The notes beneath the pieces are model-generated. The model was not told the DNA's origin, ran no database searches, and saw nothing but the letters and a program-made list of their open reading frames with translations. Position numbers and translations under genes: made by a program. From an uncultured Candidatus Saccharibacteria bacterium (GTDB lineage Bacteria; Patescibacteriota; Saccharimonadia; Saccharimonadales; JAGQNJ01): 64,000 nucleotides of DNA. Location: the NCBI GenBank assembly GCA_964426845.1, contig CAYRSA010000001.1, positions 107,237 through 171,236 of the forward strand, written 5' to 3'. Shown piece after piece: positions 1 to 9,133 of the stretch (position 1 is its first letter; each line of letters opens with the position of its first letter).

Positions 1-846
1 GAAATCTACAACACCAACAGCTTCATCGCGAACTACCTTATTATCGACCTCGGCGCTAATCAAGCGCTGGTCTGGCAAAATCATATAGAACTTATTTTGA
101 CTTTTATCGCGCAGAGCCACCTTTTTAGGGTTCAGCCCGAAGTAAGTATTCAAGTTACGCGACTCGACCGGATTCTCGCGGTCGATTACCAAAAATATTG
201 GACCGCTGTCAGAGTCATAGCGGACCAAGACATGCCGATTGTTTGTTGACCATTCCACCAGTTGGAAGGGCTTGACGGCCGCGCCGGCCGGCAATAGCCC
301 GGCGGGCAAGGTGAAGGTGGTGGGAGCTTTGGCCAGATCATTACTGTCAAATACTTGGAAGTTAGTCAGGCTGTCGGGCTGCTGGACCAGGATTGTGCGG
401 CGGTCTGGGCTTTGAGTAACCAGGCCCGGCGCGGCCGGGTAGGCCTCATCAACATCAGTCTTCAGGGTCTCTGGCACCAGGAACGGATAGACTAGCCGCT
501 CGATACTACCGCCCTTAATGTCAAAGCTATTCTGCCAGGGCTTGTAGCCTTGTTTTAAATATTGGAAGGTGTAAGTGTCGGCCTTCAGCTCTAAGCGGTC
601 GCTAGTGACCACGGTTTCGTCGAATGACTTATCGGCGTTTGTGATTTTTACCTGAGCCGAATCCGGTGTGGAAGCTAGAAATACTAGGCCGTTTTGAAAA
701 ACATTACCACTGCGATCAACTCCATATCCAGACGAAGCAAACAACAAAACTACCGCGCCCAGCCCAATAGCAATTGCCACCAACAAATAGCCGATGTATA
801 AACGCCGAACGTGAGCTTTACGTTTTTTGGGGTCGAGGAAATCCAT
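1..846 (-). CDS. Membrane-anchored PEGA-like domain protein, N-terminal 282 codons (C-terminus runs off the left edge)
   Basis: Absent from the ORF track because it is truncated. Hand translation of the minus strand is open from ATG at 846 to base 1 (MDFLDPKKRKAHVRRLYIGYLLVAIAIGLGAVVLLFASSGYG...). A GGAGG lies 8 nt upstream, and there is one TM helix. The following segment LVFLASTPDSAQVKI...YLKQGYKPW resembles PEGA domains. Confidence 0.6.
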   Translation of the reverse strand, partial: MDFLDPKKRKAHVRRLYIGYLLVAIAIGLGAVVLLFASSGYGVDRSGNVFQNGLVFLASTPDSAQVKITNADKSFDETVVTSDRLELKADTYTFQYLKQGYKPWQNSFDIKGGSIERLVYPFLVPETLKTDVDEAYPAAPGLVTQSPDRRTILVQQPDSLTNFQVFDSNDLAKAPTTFTLPAGLLPAGAAVKPFQLVEWSTNNRHVLVRYDSDSGPIFLVIDRENPVESRNLNTYFGLNPKKVALRDKSQNKFYMILPDQRLISAEVDNKVVRDEAVGVVDF

Positions 847-946
847 AGGTACCTCCATATTATATAGCAAAACACTTGCCGGGACACTGGTTACGGTTTA
901 AGATAACTAGTAGCTTTAAATATGGGTAACAACGCGAGAACCAACA

Positions 947-2050
947 ATGAATAGCATCGTTTTAAATGGCAAGCTGTACGACTCCCGTACCGGCGCCTTA
1001 ATCCACGAACCACCAGCCGTTCCCGCTCATCACAAACCAAAAATTAAGAAAAATACCGGCTTAGTCATGGATGGTGTTGTCCGTCACGCCCCCAAAGCCC
1101 AACATCCAAGGCCCCACCACGCCGCTCCAAAGACTCACCACGCCAAACCAAAACCTCACCACACCACTCACGCCGTCGCCCATAGCCAGCCCCACAAACC
1201 CCAGAAAGCGGCCACTCTAATGCGTACCGCCGTCGCTAAACCGGTTCATGACCGTCATCACGTTGCCCAGTCGCTTAGCCACCCCGACGCCCGCACAGCT
1301 GAACGCTTAAAGAGGGCTCAGGCCGTCTCCAAGAGCCAGCACATCCAGCGCTTTCCATCTCACCACACGGCTCCATCTCATCACGCCGCACAGCGACCGG
1401 TACCCAAAAAACACGCTTCAGTGCCTGTGGAGGTCGCGCCTGTCCACCACGTCGCCAAACATCCTCGCCAGGCCAGTCCAATGTCTGAGTCCGAGAAGTT
1501 GGTTTCCAGCGCTCTTAAAAATGCCCGTTCGCACGAGGCCAACCAGCCATTTGCTAAGAAGCCTAAGCGCCGCCTGTCACATAGGATCGGTTTCAAGCGT
1601 CATACTGCCAACCTGGCCATGGGCTCTTTGGCAATTTTGCTGTTAGTTGGTTTTATCATTTATCAGAATGTGCCCAATCTCAGCATGCGCCTGGCCTCTA
1701 CCCGAGCCGGCTTTAGTGCTGGGCTACCAAGCTATAAGCCGTCTGGCTTCTCACAAGACAAATTGGTCAGTTACAGCCCAGGCAAAGTAACTATTAACTT
1801 TCACTCCAACAGCGACGAACGGGCTTTTCGGCTGACTCAACAAGTTTCCAACTGGAACAGCCAAGCTTTGGCCGAGAACTACCTGGCCGAGAATGGCAAG
1901 CAGTATCAAACCTTAGAATCGGGTGGCAAAACCATTTATATCTACGACGGCGCTAGTGCTACCTGGGTCAACGGGGGCGTTTGGTACCAGATTGAGGGTG
2001 AATCCAGCCTTAACTCGGACCAAATCCTCAAAATCGCCAACAGTATCTAA
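947..2050 (+). CDS. His/Pro/Lys-rich membrane-anchored protein of unknown function
   Basis: 367-aa ORF. The first ~210 aa are basic and very His-rich, followed by one TM helix (LAMGSLAILLLVGFIIY) and a ~130-aa C-terminal globular domain, possibly DUF4367-like. Confidence 0.6.
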   Translation: MNSIVLNGKLYDSRTGALIHEPPAVPAHHKPKIKKNTGLVMDGVVRHAPKAQHPRPHHAAPKTHHAKPKPHHTTHAVAHSQPHKPQKAATLMRTAVAKPVHDRHHVAQSLSHPDARTAERLKRAQAVSKSQHIQRFPSHHTAPSHHAAQRPVPKKHASVPVEVAPVHHVAKHPRQASPMSESEKLVSSALKNARSHEANQPFAKKPKRRLSHRIGFKRHTANLAMGSLAILLLVGFIIYQNVPNLSMRLASTRAGFSAGLPSYKPSGFSQDKLVSYSPGKVTINFHSNSDERAFRLTQQVSNWNSQALAENYLAENGKQYQTLESGGKTIYIYDGASATWVNGGVWYQIEGESSLNSDQILKIANSI

Positions 2051-2068
2051 TCTGATACAATAGAGGTC

Positions 2069-3496
2069 ATGAAAGTCCGAACCCGCTTTGCGCCCAGTCC
2101 AACCGGTTTTCTGCATGTCGGCGGCGTACGAACTGCACTTTTCGCATGGCTGCTGGCTCGTCAGAACGACGGTCAGTTTATCCTGCGCTTGGAAGACACT
2201 GATAAAAGCAGGGAAGTCGAAGGCAGTGGTAAGCACATCGAGGAGTCTCTACACTGGCTGGGTATTGATTGGGACGAAGGCCCGGACAAGGGTGGCCCCA
2301 AAGGCCCGTACAAGCAGAGTGAACGCCTGGACAGTTACCAGAAGTGGGCCAACAAACTAGTTGAGCAGGGCCGGGCCTACGCCGACCCCTACACTCCGGA
2401 TGAAGTTCAGAAATTCCGCGAACAAGCCCAAAAAGACAAAAAACCCTTCCTATACCGCCATCACCGTCCCGATAATCCGCCAGCGTGGGATGGCTCGACA
2501 CCATTAAGGTTTAAATCTGACCCCAAGAACTATAGCTGGCACGATGAGGTCATGGGCGACCTGTCGACCGGTCCAGAAGTTATCGACGACTTTATCCTGA
2601 TGAAATCTGACGGCTATCCAACTTATAACTTCGCTCATGTTGTTGACGATGCCGAGATGGAGATTACCCATGTCATCCGCGGCCAGGAATTCATCTCCTC
2701 GATGCCAAACTATCTGAACCTGTACGAAGCCCTGGACCTGACACCGCCGGTTCTAGCTACCGTCCCGCACATTCTTGGCGAGCAGGGCAATAAAAAGCTG
2801 GGCAAGCGCGATGGTGCTAAAGATATCCTGGACTACGACAAAGAGGGTTACTTACCAGAAGCCATGATGAGCTTCCTGGCCACACTTGGCTGGAATGACG
2901 GCACCGAGCAAGAGGTCTTCACCGAGAAAGAACTAATCGATAAGTTTTCCCTGGACAGAGTAGGGCATAGCGGCGCAAGATTTGACCCCAGACACTTGTT
3001 GTGGACCAACGGCCACTTTATTCGCCAACTAACCCTGAAAGAGCTGAGCAGCAAGGCGGAGGGCTTCTGGCCACCGGAAGCCGAAGACTATGACGACAAG
3101 TATCGCCAACAGGTACTAGGCCTAGTCCAAGAACGCCTAAAATACTTGGCCGAATTGCCGGACTTAACCTGGTTTTTCTTTACCGATGATCTGCCGGTCA
3201 ACCCCGACCTAATCAAGACACATAAGCAACTCAAGAAAATCGATCAAGCTGATCTGGCTGGCCTACTGCAAAAGTCTCAGGACGCCCTCAAGGACGCCGA
3301 GTTCCAGACCGAGACTCTGCAGGCTGTGCTTAACCAGTTATTAGAGGATACTGGCCAAAAACCAGCCGTACTATTTAGCCTAATCCGAATTGCCATTACC
3401 CAGGCGCCAGCTAGCCCCGGTTTAGCCGAAACCTTGGCCGTACTAGGCAAAGACAGATCGCTAAAGCGTATCCAAACCGCTTATGATACACTGTAG
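2069..3496 (+). CDS. gltX: Glutamate--tRNA ligase
   Basis: Carries the class I HIGH-type N-terminus RTRFAPSPTGFLHVGGVRTALF and a KLGKRDG (KMSKS-like) motif. The length is full and an AGAGG RBS precedes it. Confidence 0.97.
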   Translation: MKVRTRFAPSPTGFLHVGGVRTALFAWLLARQNDGQFILRLEDTDKSREVEGSGKHIEESLHWLGIDWDEGPDKGGPKGPYKQSERLDSYQKWANKLVEQGRAYADPYTPDEVQKFREQAQKDKKPFLYRHHRPDNPPAWDGSTPLRFKSDPKNYSWHDEVMGDLSTGPEVIDDFILMKSDGYPTYNFAHVVDDAEMEITHVIRGQEFISSMPNYLNLYEALDLTPPVLATVPHILGEQGNKKLGKRDGAKDILDYDKEGYLPEAMMSFLATLGWNDGTEQEVFTEKELIDKFSLDRVGHSGARFDPRHLLWTNGHFIRQLTLKELSSKAEGFWPPEAEDYDDKYRQQVLGLVQERLKYLAELPDLTWFFFTDDLPVNPDLIKTHKQLKKIDQADLAGLLQKSQDALKDAEFQTETLQAVLNQLLEDTGQKPAVLFSLIRIAITQAPASPGLAETLAVLGKDRSLKRIQTAYDTL

Positions 3497-3557
3497 GGTA
3501 TCGACAAGTTGACGCGCTAAAGCGCATCTATAAGTTAATCAAGCGAGAAAAATAATA

Positions 3558-4751
3558 ATGAACGAAGACAAACCCTCCGTACCTCACGTGTCCAATAATA
3601 ACCACGCCGAAAATGAGGCCAGTCGCCTGGCCGCCGAAGCCTTTAAGAAAGATAGCGAGAAACCCCTGCCACCAGGGGTAAAACCACCCAAGAAACCGCC
3701 GATTCACAAGCGTTTCGCCGCTTGGCATCGCAATCTAAGCAAGAAACAGAAGCTAATGCTGTTGCTTGCCGTCATATTATTGGTTGGCGCAGCTTGCTAT
3801 GCCACCTATCGAATCCTTGGCAACCAGGAGAAAGCCGCGAGCCAGGTCCAACAAGTCGCCCAACCAACCACTGTCCAGTCCAAGATGACCGGCCTGCAAG
3901 TTGCCCCAGAGATTAATACCAAACAAGTTACCGGGGTAATGATCGAGAACAGTCTTGACGCCCGACCTCAAGCTGGTCTTATTAATGCTGGTTTTGTCTT
4001 CGAAGCTATTGCCGAAGGCGGAATCACTAGATTCCTGGCTCTGTATCAAGATACTGGAGCTGATTACATTGGTCCTGTCCGAAGTGTCCGGCCCTACTAC
4101 CTGGACGTTGTAGCCAGCTTCGATGCAGCTATCGCCCATGTTGGTGGCAGCCCTGACGCCTTGGCTAAAATCAAGGCCATGAATATCAAAGACCTCGATC
4201 AGTTTGCTAATCCGGGTGCCTACGAACGCGTTAAGAACCGGGCCGCTCCACACAATGTCTATACTAGTAGCGCTAAGCTAGAAGCTTTAGAAGCTCAAAA
4301 GGGCTTTAATAAGTCCGAGTACACCGGCTTCGAGCATGCCAAAACCGAAGAAAAAGTGGCCACACCAACCGCCAAGACCATTAACCTCAACATTTCCTCG
4401 GCTCTGTACAACGTCAAATACGATTACAACCCCGCCACTAACAGCTATGATCGCTCGGTTGGCGGCGCTGCCCATACCGACGAGAAGTCGGGCAAACCAC
4501 TGTCGCCTAAGGCAGTTATCGCTGTCGAAACCTCGCGAAGTCAAAACGGCGTCTACTCGGTATATGGAATGACTGGTACCGGCAAGGTGACTATTTTCCA
4601 AAATGGTACCTCAATCGCTGGAACCTGGGAGCGACCCCAGGAGAGAAGCCAATACGTCTTCAAGGACGCTGCCGGAGCGGTCATTAAGGTCGTCCCGGGC
4701 CAGGCCTGGATGACACTGGTGACACCGGGTGGTGTGACGTTCACTCCGTAA
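3558..4751 (+). CDS. DUF3048 (YerB-like) domain membrane-anchored protein
   Basis: After an N-terminal TM helix it has VMIENSLDARPQAGLINAGFVFEAIAEGGITRFLALYQD...GPVRSVRPYY, the pattern I recognise from the DUF3048 family. Confidence 0.8.
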   Translation: MNEDKPSVPHVSNNNHAENEASRLAAEAFKKDSEKPLPPGVKPPKKPPIHKRFAAWHRNLSKKQKLMLLLAVILLVGAACYATYRILGNQEKAASQVQQVAQPTTVQSKMTGLQVAPEINTKQVTGVMIENSLDARPQAGLINAGFVFEAIAEGGITRFLALYQDTGADYIGPVRSVRPYYLDVVASFDAAIAHVGGSPDALAKIKAMNIKDLDQFANPGAYERVKNRAAPHNVYTSSAKLEALEAQKGFNKSEYTGFEHAKTEEKVATPTAKTINLNISSALYNVKYDYNPATNSYDRSVGGAAHTDEKSGKPLSPKAVIAVETSRSQNGVYSVYGMTGTGKVTIFQNGTSIAGTWERPQERSQYVFKDAAGAVIKVVPGQAWMTLVTPGGVTFTP

Positions 4752-4769
4752 ACAGGGGAGGCCATAAGC

Positions 4770-6305
4770 GTGGATTATTTTTCAAAGCTAGCACGCCGGA
4801 TAACGCTATTTATATTCTGCGGCGTGGCCTCGATCGTAGTAATAACCATCGGGGTCGGCTGGGTTACATATGTCACCGCCGGCATGAGCGTGCCAATAAC
4901 TATAGTGGCCTCGGTGTTGTCTGGCTCGATACTGCTGTATATTTTTGCCACCAGCGTTAGTAAATACGTTATGGAACCGATTCAAGCTCTGTCCCAGGCC
5001 ATTATGCATGTCAGTCCGGACGAGCACGGCGCTCCAGCCCCGAATCTTGATAAAGTCAGGGCCGGCCGTGAGCTTGTTACCAATCTTAGCCTTCAAGTCT
5101 ACCAGCTAGCCAGTCAATCAGGCCGACTCAGCGCCTCGGTGCCGCCCAAGCAAGTAAACCGAGCTCAGACCATCCTTGATGAGTTACCGGTGCCAATTCT
5201 AGTTAGTGACAGCGCTCAGGCCATCACTTACGCCAACAACGCCTTCGGGCAGTATTTAGGGCTAAAGCCAGCCGATATCATTGGCAAGAGCATGTACTCA
5301 GTCCTGGACCTGTCTTTTAGTACAGGCCTGACCCTGGATGATTGGCTAGCGCAGTCGCGAGCTAATACCGTCACGGCCGCTCAACACTGGGACCGAGTAC
5401 GCTTAAACCTGCCCGAGCAGAAGGGGCGCAAGCAGCTCGACCTAGCAGCCTATTACAACAAGAACAACCCAGCTGGAGCCGAGACAGTCTTAGCCCTTTT
5501 CGACAAAACCAAGTTCTATGCCCAGGATGATGATGCCGTTGGCTTTATTGCTCTAGCCGTCCACGAACTGCGTACGCCGCTAACCATCCTCCGAGGTTAC
5601 ATTGAGGTCTTCGAGGATGAGGTAGCCGACCAGCTAGATCCTGAAATGCAGGATTTCATGGAGAAGATGCAAGCTTCGGCTCAACAGTTATCGTCGTTTG
5701 TCAGCACCATCCTAAACGTGGCCCGGGTTGAAGAAGACCAACTTTTCTTACAACTGCATCCTGAAAACTGGGAAAAGGTCTTGACCAGTATTCTCGAAGA
5801 CGTCGAACTACGAGCCCGCGTCCACGGCAAAAAGATTTCGGTCCACATTGAATCCGGCATACCCCTAGTAGCCGTGGATCGCACCAGCATCTACGAGGTA
5901 GTCAACAACTTGATAGAGAACGCTATTAAATACGGCGGCGATCGGCCAGAGATTATTGTCCGGACTTCCCAGCGTGATGACCAAATGATTGAAACCACCA
6001 TCCAAGATTTCGGCATCGGTATCCCATCCAGCGTCATTGGTAACCTATTTGAGAAGTTTTATCGCAACCACCGCTCGCGGGCTCAGTTCGGCGGCACCGG
6101 CTTAGGACTGTACCTTTCCAAGTCAATTATTAACGCTCACGGTGGCCAAATCTGGGTTCAGTCCAAGGAAGGCGAGGGTAGTACTTTCGGTTTTACTCTG
6201 CAACCTTACGAGCAGCTTGCTAAAAAAGAGGGCAGCCCTGATAATAAAGACATCGTACGCACCGCGCACGGATGGATTAAAAACCACTCATTCTACAGGA
6301 GATAA
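4770..6305 (+). CDS. Sensor histidine kinase (2 TM, PAS, HisKA, HATPase_c)
   Basis: GTG start with a GGGGAGG RBS. It has the H-box AVHELRTPLTIL, the N-box NLIENAIKYG, and the G-boxes DFGIGIP and GGTGLGL. Confidence 0.9.
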   Translation: MDYFSKLARRITLFIFCGVASIVVITIGVGWVTYVTAGMSVPITIVASVLSGSILLYIFATSVSKYVMEPIQALSQAIMHVSPDEHGAPAPNLDKVRAGRELVTNLSLQVYQLASQSGRLSASVPPKQVNRAQTILDELPVPILVSDSAQAITYANNAFGQYLGLKPADIIGKSMYSVLDLSFSTGLTLDDWLAQSRANTVTAAQHWDRVRLNLPEQKGRKQLDLAAYYNKNNPAGAETVLALFDKTKFYAQDDDAVGFIALAVHELRTPLTILRGYIEVFEDEVADQLDPEMQDFMEKMQASAQQLSSFVSTILNVARVEEDQLFLQLHPENWEKVLTSILEDVELRARVHGKKISVHIESGIPLVAVDRTSIYEVVNNLIENAIKYGGDRPEIIVRTSQRDDQMIETTIQDFGIGIPSSVIGNLFEKFYRNHRSRAQFGGTGLGLYLSKSIINAHGGQIWVQSKEGEGSTFGFTLQPYEQLAKKEGSPDNKDIVRTAHGWIKNHSFYRR

Positions 6306-6308
6306 GCA

Positions 6309-6740
6309 GTGTCCGACGAACTATCTAAAGACCAATTGCCTAACGCCCCGATCACTCCGGCCACCCCGAAGTTTAAGAAGGTGCTATGCGTTGAGGACGA
6401 GCATTTTATCAGTGAGCTCTACACCCGGGCTTTACGCAAGGCTGGCTACGACGTAACCGTGGCTGCTGACGGCCAAGACGGCCTCGATAAAGCCAAGTCG
6501 GGCAACTTTGACATCGTTCTATTAGACATTATGCTGCCCAACCTGATTGGCACCGAAGTCTTAAATCAGCTTAAAAACCCGGCCCTGGGACTAAAAGCTA
6601 AAGTCATCGTCACCACTAATCTAGAGCAAAAAGAAGAGGCTCGGAAGGCTATCGAAAAACAGGCCGACGGCTACATCGTCAAAGCCGACGTCACACCGAA
6701 ACAACTGGTCGAATTCCTCCAGCACTTCGAAACCAGCTAA
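6309..6740 (+). CDS. Response regulator, receiver domain only
   Basis: GTG start with an AGGAG RBS, 3 nt after the kinase stop. It has VLCVEDE...DIVLLDIMLP...KADV, and at 143 aa there is no output domain. Confidence 0.9.
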   Translation: MSDELSKDQLPNAPITPATPKFKKVLCVEDEHFISELYTRALRKAGYDVTVAADGQDGLDKAKSGNFDIVLLDIMLPNLIGTEVLNQLKNPALGLKAKVIVTTNLEQKEEARKAIEKQADGYIVKADVTPKQLVEFLQHFETS

Positions 6741-6806
6741 ACCGGTTTCTGCTATTGCTTGCGTGGCAATTGGTCTGGGTGTAATCTTGGCTTATAAGGA
6801 GGCTTT

Positions 6807-7481
6807 GTGGGAATCGAATCTGGACCATCTATGGGAATGCTGATGAAAGCCGTCGATGAGGATGACTGGATGGGCTATACTGCCGCTGAACTAGAACATA
6901 CCCACGCACTTGCTAGTCTTTCAATACCTGAGGATTCGGCGATGGAGGAAGCTCTGGCTCGTGTTATTGAAGCCGACCCAGGAGGAGAAATCGTGGAGGA
7001 GTTAGTGTCCGAAGGCAAGTGGCTGATGGCCGCCAACCTCGGCAACGCCTCCAGGAATCCAGGGTCAAGTTACAGCCCAGTAGGACTGATGTACGCCGAA
7101 GGCGATAAGAGCAAGCCCGACACCCTAGAATTTTCAGTAGTGAGAATGGGAATATGGATAATGCCAGAGAGAGCCCGGGTATCAGCTAATGCTAGGATGA
7201 GCCATCAAGACAGGGTATCTGTCAGGTCGTTGCTTTATAACGGAGCTCTTAGGGAGTCCTCAGAAGTACACGATCCTGATGACATCATTGTTTCGCCTTC
7301 CACCGTAATAGTACCGCTCTTCGAAGGTGGGGATGGCGTACCGGTGCCGTTTAGATTCGTCAATCGAGAAGACTATCTGGCTCTGGCTGGCTTAAATGTC
7401 GCAAAACCGATTATCAGAGATTTGTCTCGGGTCTTAGTCAGCTATCATGGTGGCGAAGAGTCGTTTCAAGATACAATATAA
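6807..7481 (+). CDS. Hypothetical protein (first gene of a tight three-gene unit with umuD-like/umuC)
   Basis: GTG start with an AAGGAGG RBS. The stop lies 2 nt before the umuD-like start. I recognised no motif. Confidence 0.5.
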   Translation: MGIESGPSMGMLMKAVDEDDWMGYTAAELEHTHALASLSIPEDSAMEEALARVIEADPGGEIVEELVSEGKWLMAANLGNASRNPGSSYSPVGLMYAEGDKSKPDTLEFSVVRMGIWIMPERARVSANARMSHQDRVSVRSLLYNGALRESSEVHDPDDIIVSPSTVIVPLFEGGDGVPVPFRFVNREDYLALAGLNVAKPIIRDLSRVLVSYHGGEESFQDTI

Positions 7482-7483
7482 GG

Positions 7484-7834
7484 GTGAGCATTCATAAGAA
7501 CGACGAGAGCAAGGGCGTAACTACCAAGCGCGGATTTCCCAATCCATCGACTGACAGCACCATTATTTCGCTGGATATTACCGAACTATTGGTCAAACAC
7601 CCCTCCAGCACTTTCTACATGCGTATCACCGGTAATGACTGGCACGATTTAGGTATTTTCGAAGAGGACATCGCCGTAGTGGACAGAGCCTTAGAGCCCC
7701 GCAACTCTGACCTGGTTATATGGTGGGAGGATGACCAGTTTCGAATCAGCAAGCTCAAAGAAATACCAAAAGACACACCAGTCTGGGGCGTGGTAGCTTC
7801 GATTATTCACCGTTACCGGAATCTGTCGGCATGA
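7484..7834 (+). CDS. UmuD/LexA C-terminal (S24 peptidase-fold) protein with a degenerate active site
   Basis: GFPNPSTDS...LDITELLVKHPSSTFYMRITGNDW...DLVIWWEDDQFRISKL aligns by eye with E. coli UmuD residues 25-99. It overlaps the downstream Y-family polymerase gene by 4 nt. Confidence 0.75.
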   Translation: MSIHKNDESKGVTTKRGFPNPSTDSTIISLDITELLVKHPSSTFYMRITGNDWHDLGIFEEDIAVVDRALEPRNSDLVIWWEDDQFRISKLKEIPKDTPVWGVVASIIHRYRNLSA

Positions 7835-9132
7835 GCCAGCCCATCTACGCCCTGGTCGACTGCAACAACTTCTTTGTAAGTTGTCTCCGAGCCTTCCGGC
7901 CCGACCTGGAAGAAGTGCCAGTGGTGGCCCTGTCCAGCAACGACGGCTGCGTAGTGGCCCGAAGCAACGAGGCCAGGGCTCTGGGCATTACTATGGGCGC
8001 GCCGGCCTTCAAGTGGCGGGAGTTTTTCGACAAGCACAAAGTTGTGGCCTTTTCAGGTAATTTTGAGCTCTACGGCGACATGTCCCGGCGAGTGACCAGC
8101 ATTCTGACCACAGTGACACCCAGGATCGAATTGTATTCTATCGACGAATCCTTCCTGGATATTTCCGGGCTACCAATCGAAGATATCAGCGCCTGGGGCA
8201 GAGAAGTCCAGACCAAAGTTCGCCAATGGACTGGTATCCCGGTGTCAGTCGGCGTGGCGCCCACCAAAACCTTGGCCAAGCTAGCCTCGGAAAGAGGCAA
8301 GCGTTCGGCCGAACTAAACGGCGTGCTGGATCTGTACAGCGACCCTGCCGTCCGACGCCAATACATGGAGGGCACCAAACTAGAAGACGTCTGGGGCGTC
8401 GGACGGCGGCTCAGCCCGCGTCTAAGAGGCGAGGGCATTGCCAACGCCTGGGACCTATCTCAAATGAATCTCCGGTACGCTCAGCAAATCATGGGTATTC
8501 AGGGCCGGCGGATGGTTAGCGAACTCAACGGTCTCAGCTGTTACACATTGGAAAAGTTCGGCAAGCCCCAACAGAGCATCTCGGTGACACGCACTTTCGG
8601 TAACGACACCGCCAAGTTGCATGTGCTAGAATCGGCCATCGCCACTTTTACCACCAAGGCAGCCTTCCGCCTACGCGAAGGTAAGCAACTGGCTGGTTCA
8701 GCTGGGCTCTTCATTGCTACCAATCAACATAAACCCGGCTTTAACATGCGGTCTCGAAAAGTCGACTTCGACCTAGCCACAGCTGATACCGGCCGAATCG
8801 CCGAAGCTCTAATGAGCCTGTTGAAAGATATGTTCAACCCCAAAGCCGAATACCACCGAGCCGGCGTCTGGCTGGGCGACCTACGGCCCCGCACCAATTT
8901 ACAGGTCGACTTATTAGGCAGTATCGACCCCGATCTGCACGACAAGTCTCAGCGATCAATGGCCGCTCTGGATAACCTTAATGAAAGGTACGGCAAGCGC
9001 ACCGTCCACTACGCCGCCGAGGACCTGGATCAAACTACCTGGCAACCACGCCACAAGATCGGCATGCCCAGGTTCACCACCCGCTGGGATGAAATCCCAA
9101 AAGTTGCAATCGCCAACCAGCCAGCAGACTGA
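7831..9132 (+). CDS. umuC: Y-family translesion DNA polymerase (UmuC/ImpB type)
   Basis: The N-terminus IYALVDCNNFFVSCLRAFRPDLEEVPVVALSSNDGCVVARSNEARALGITMG matches UmuC-type polymerases, and it has the SIDESFLD motif. It forms an ATGA overlap with the umuD-like gene. Confidence 0.9.
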   Translation: MSQPIYALVDCNNFFVSCLRAFRPDLEEVPVVALSSNDGCVVARSNEARALGITMGAPAFKWREFFDKHKVVAFSGNFELYGDMSRRVTSILTTVTPRIELYSIDESFLDISGLPIEDISAWGREVQTKVRQWTGIPVSVGVAPTKTLAKLASERGKRSAELNGVLDLYSDPAVRRQYMEGTKLEDVWGVGRRLSPRLRGEGIANAWDLSQMNLRYAQQIMGIQGRRMVSELNGLSCYTLEKFGKPQQSISVTRTFGNDTAKLHVLESAIATFTTKAAFRLREGKQLAGSAGLFIATNQHKPGFNMRSRKVDFDLATADTGRIAEALMSLLKDMFNPKAEYHRAGVWLGDLRPRTNLQVDLLGSIDPDLHDKSQRSMAALDNLNERYGKRTVHYAAEDLDQTTWQPRHKIGMPRFTTRWDEIPKVAIANQPAD

Positions 9133-9133
9133 T

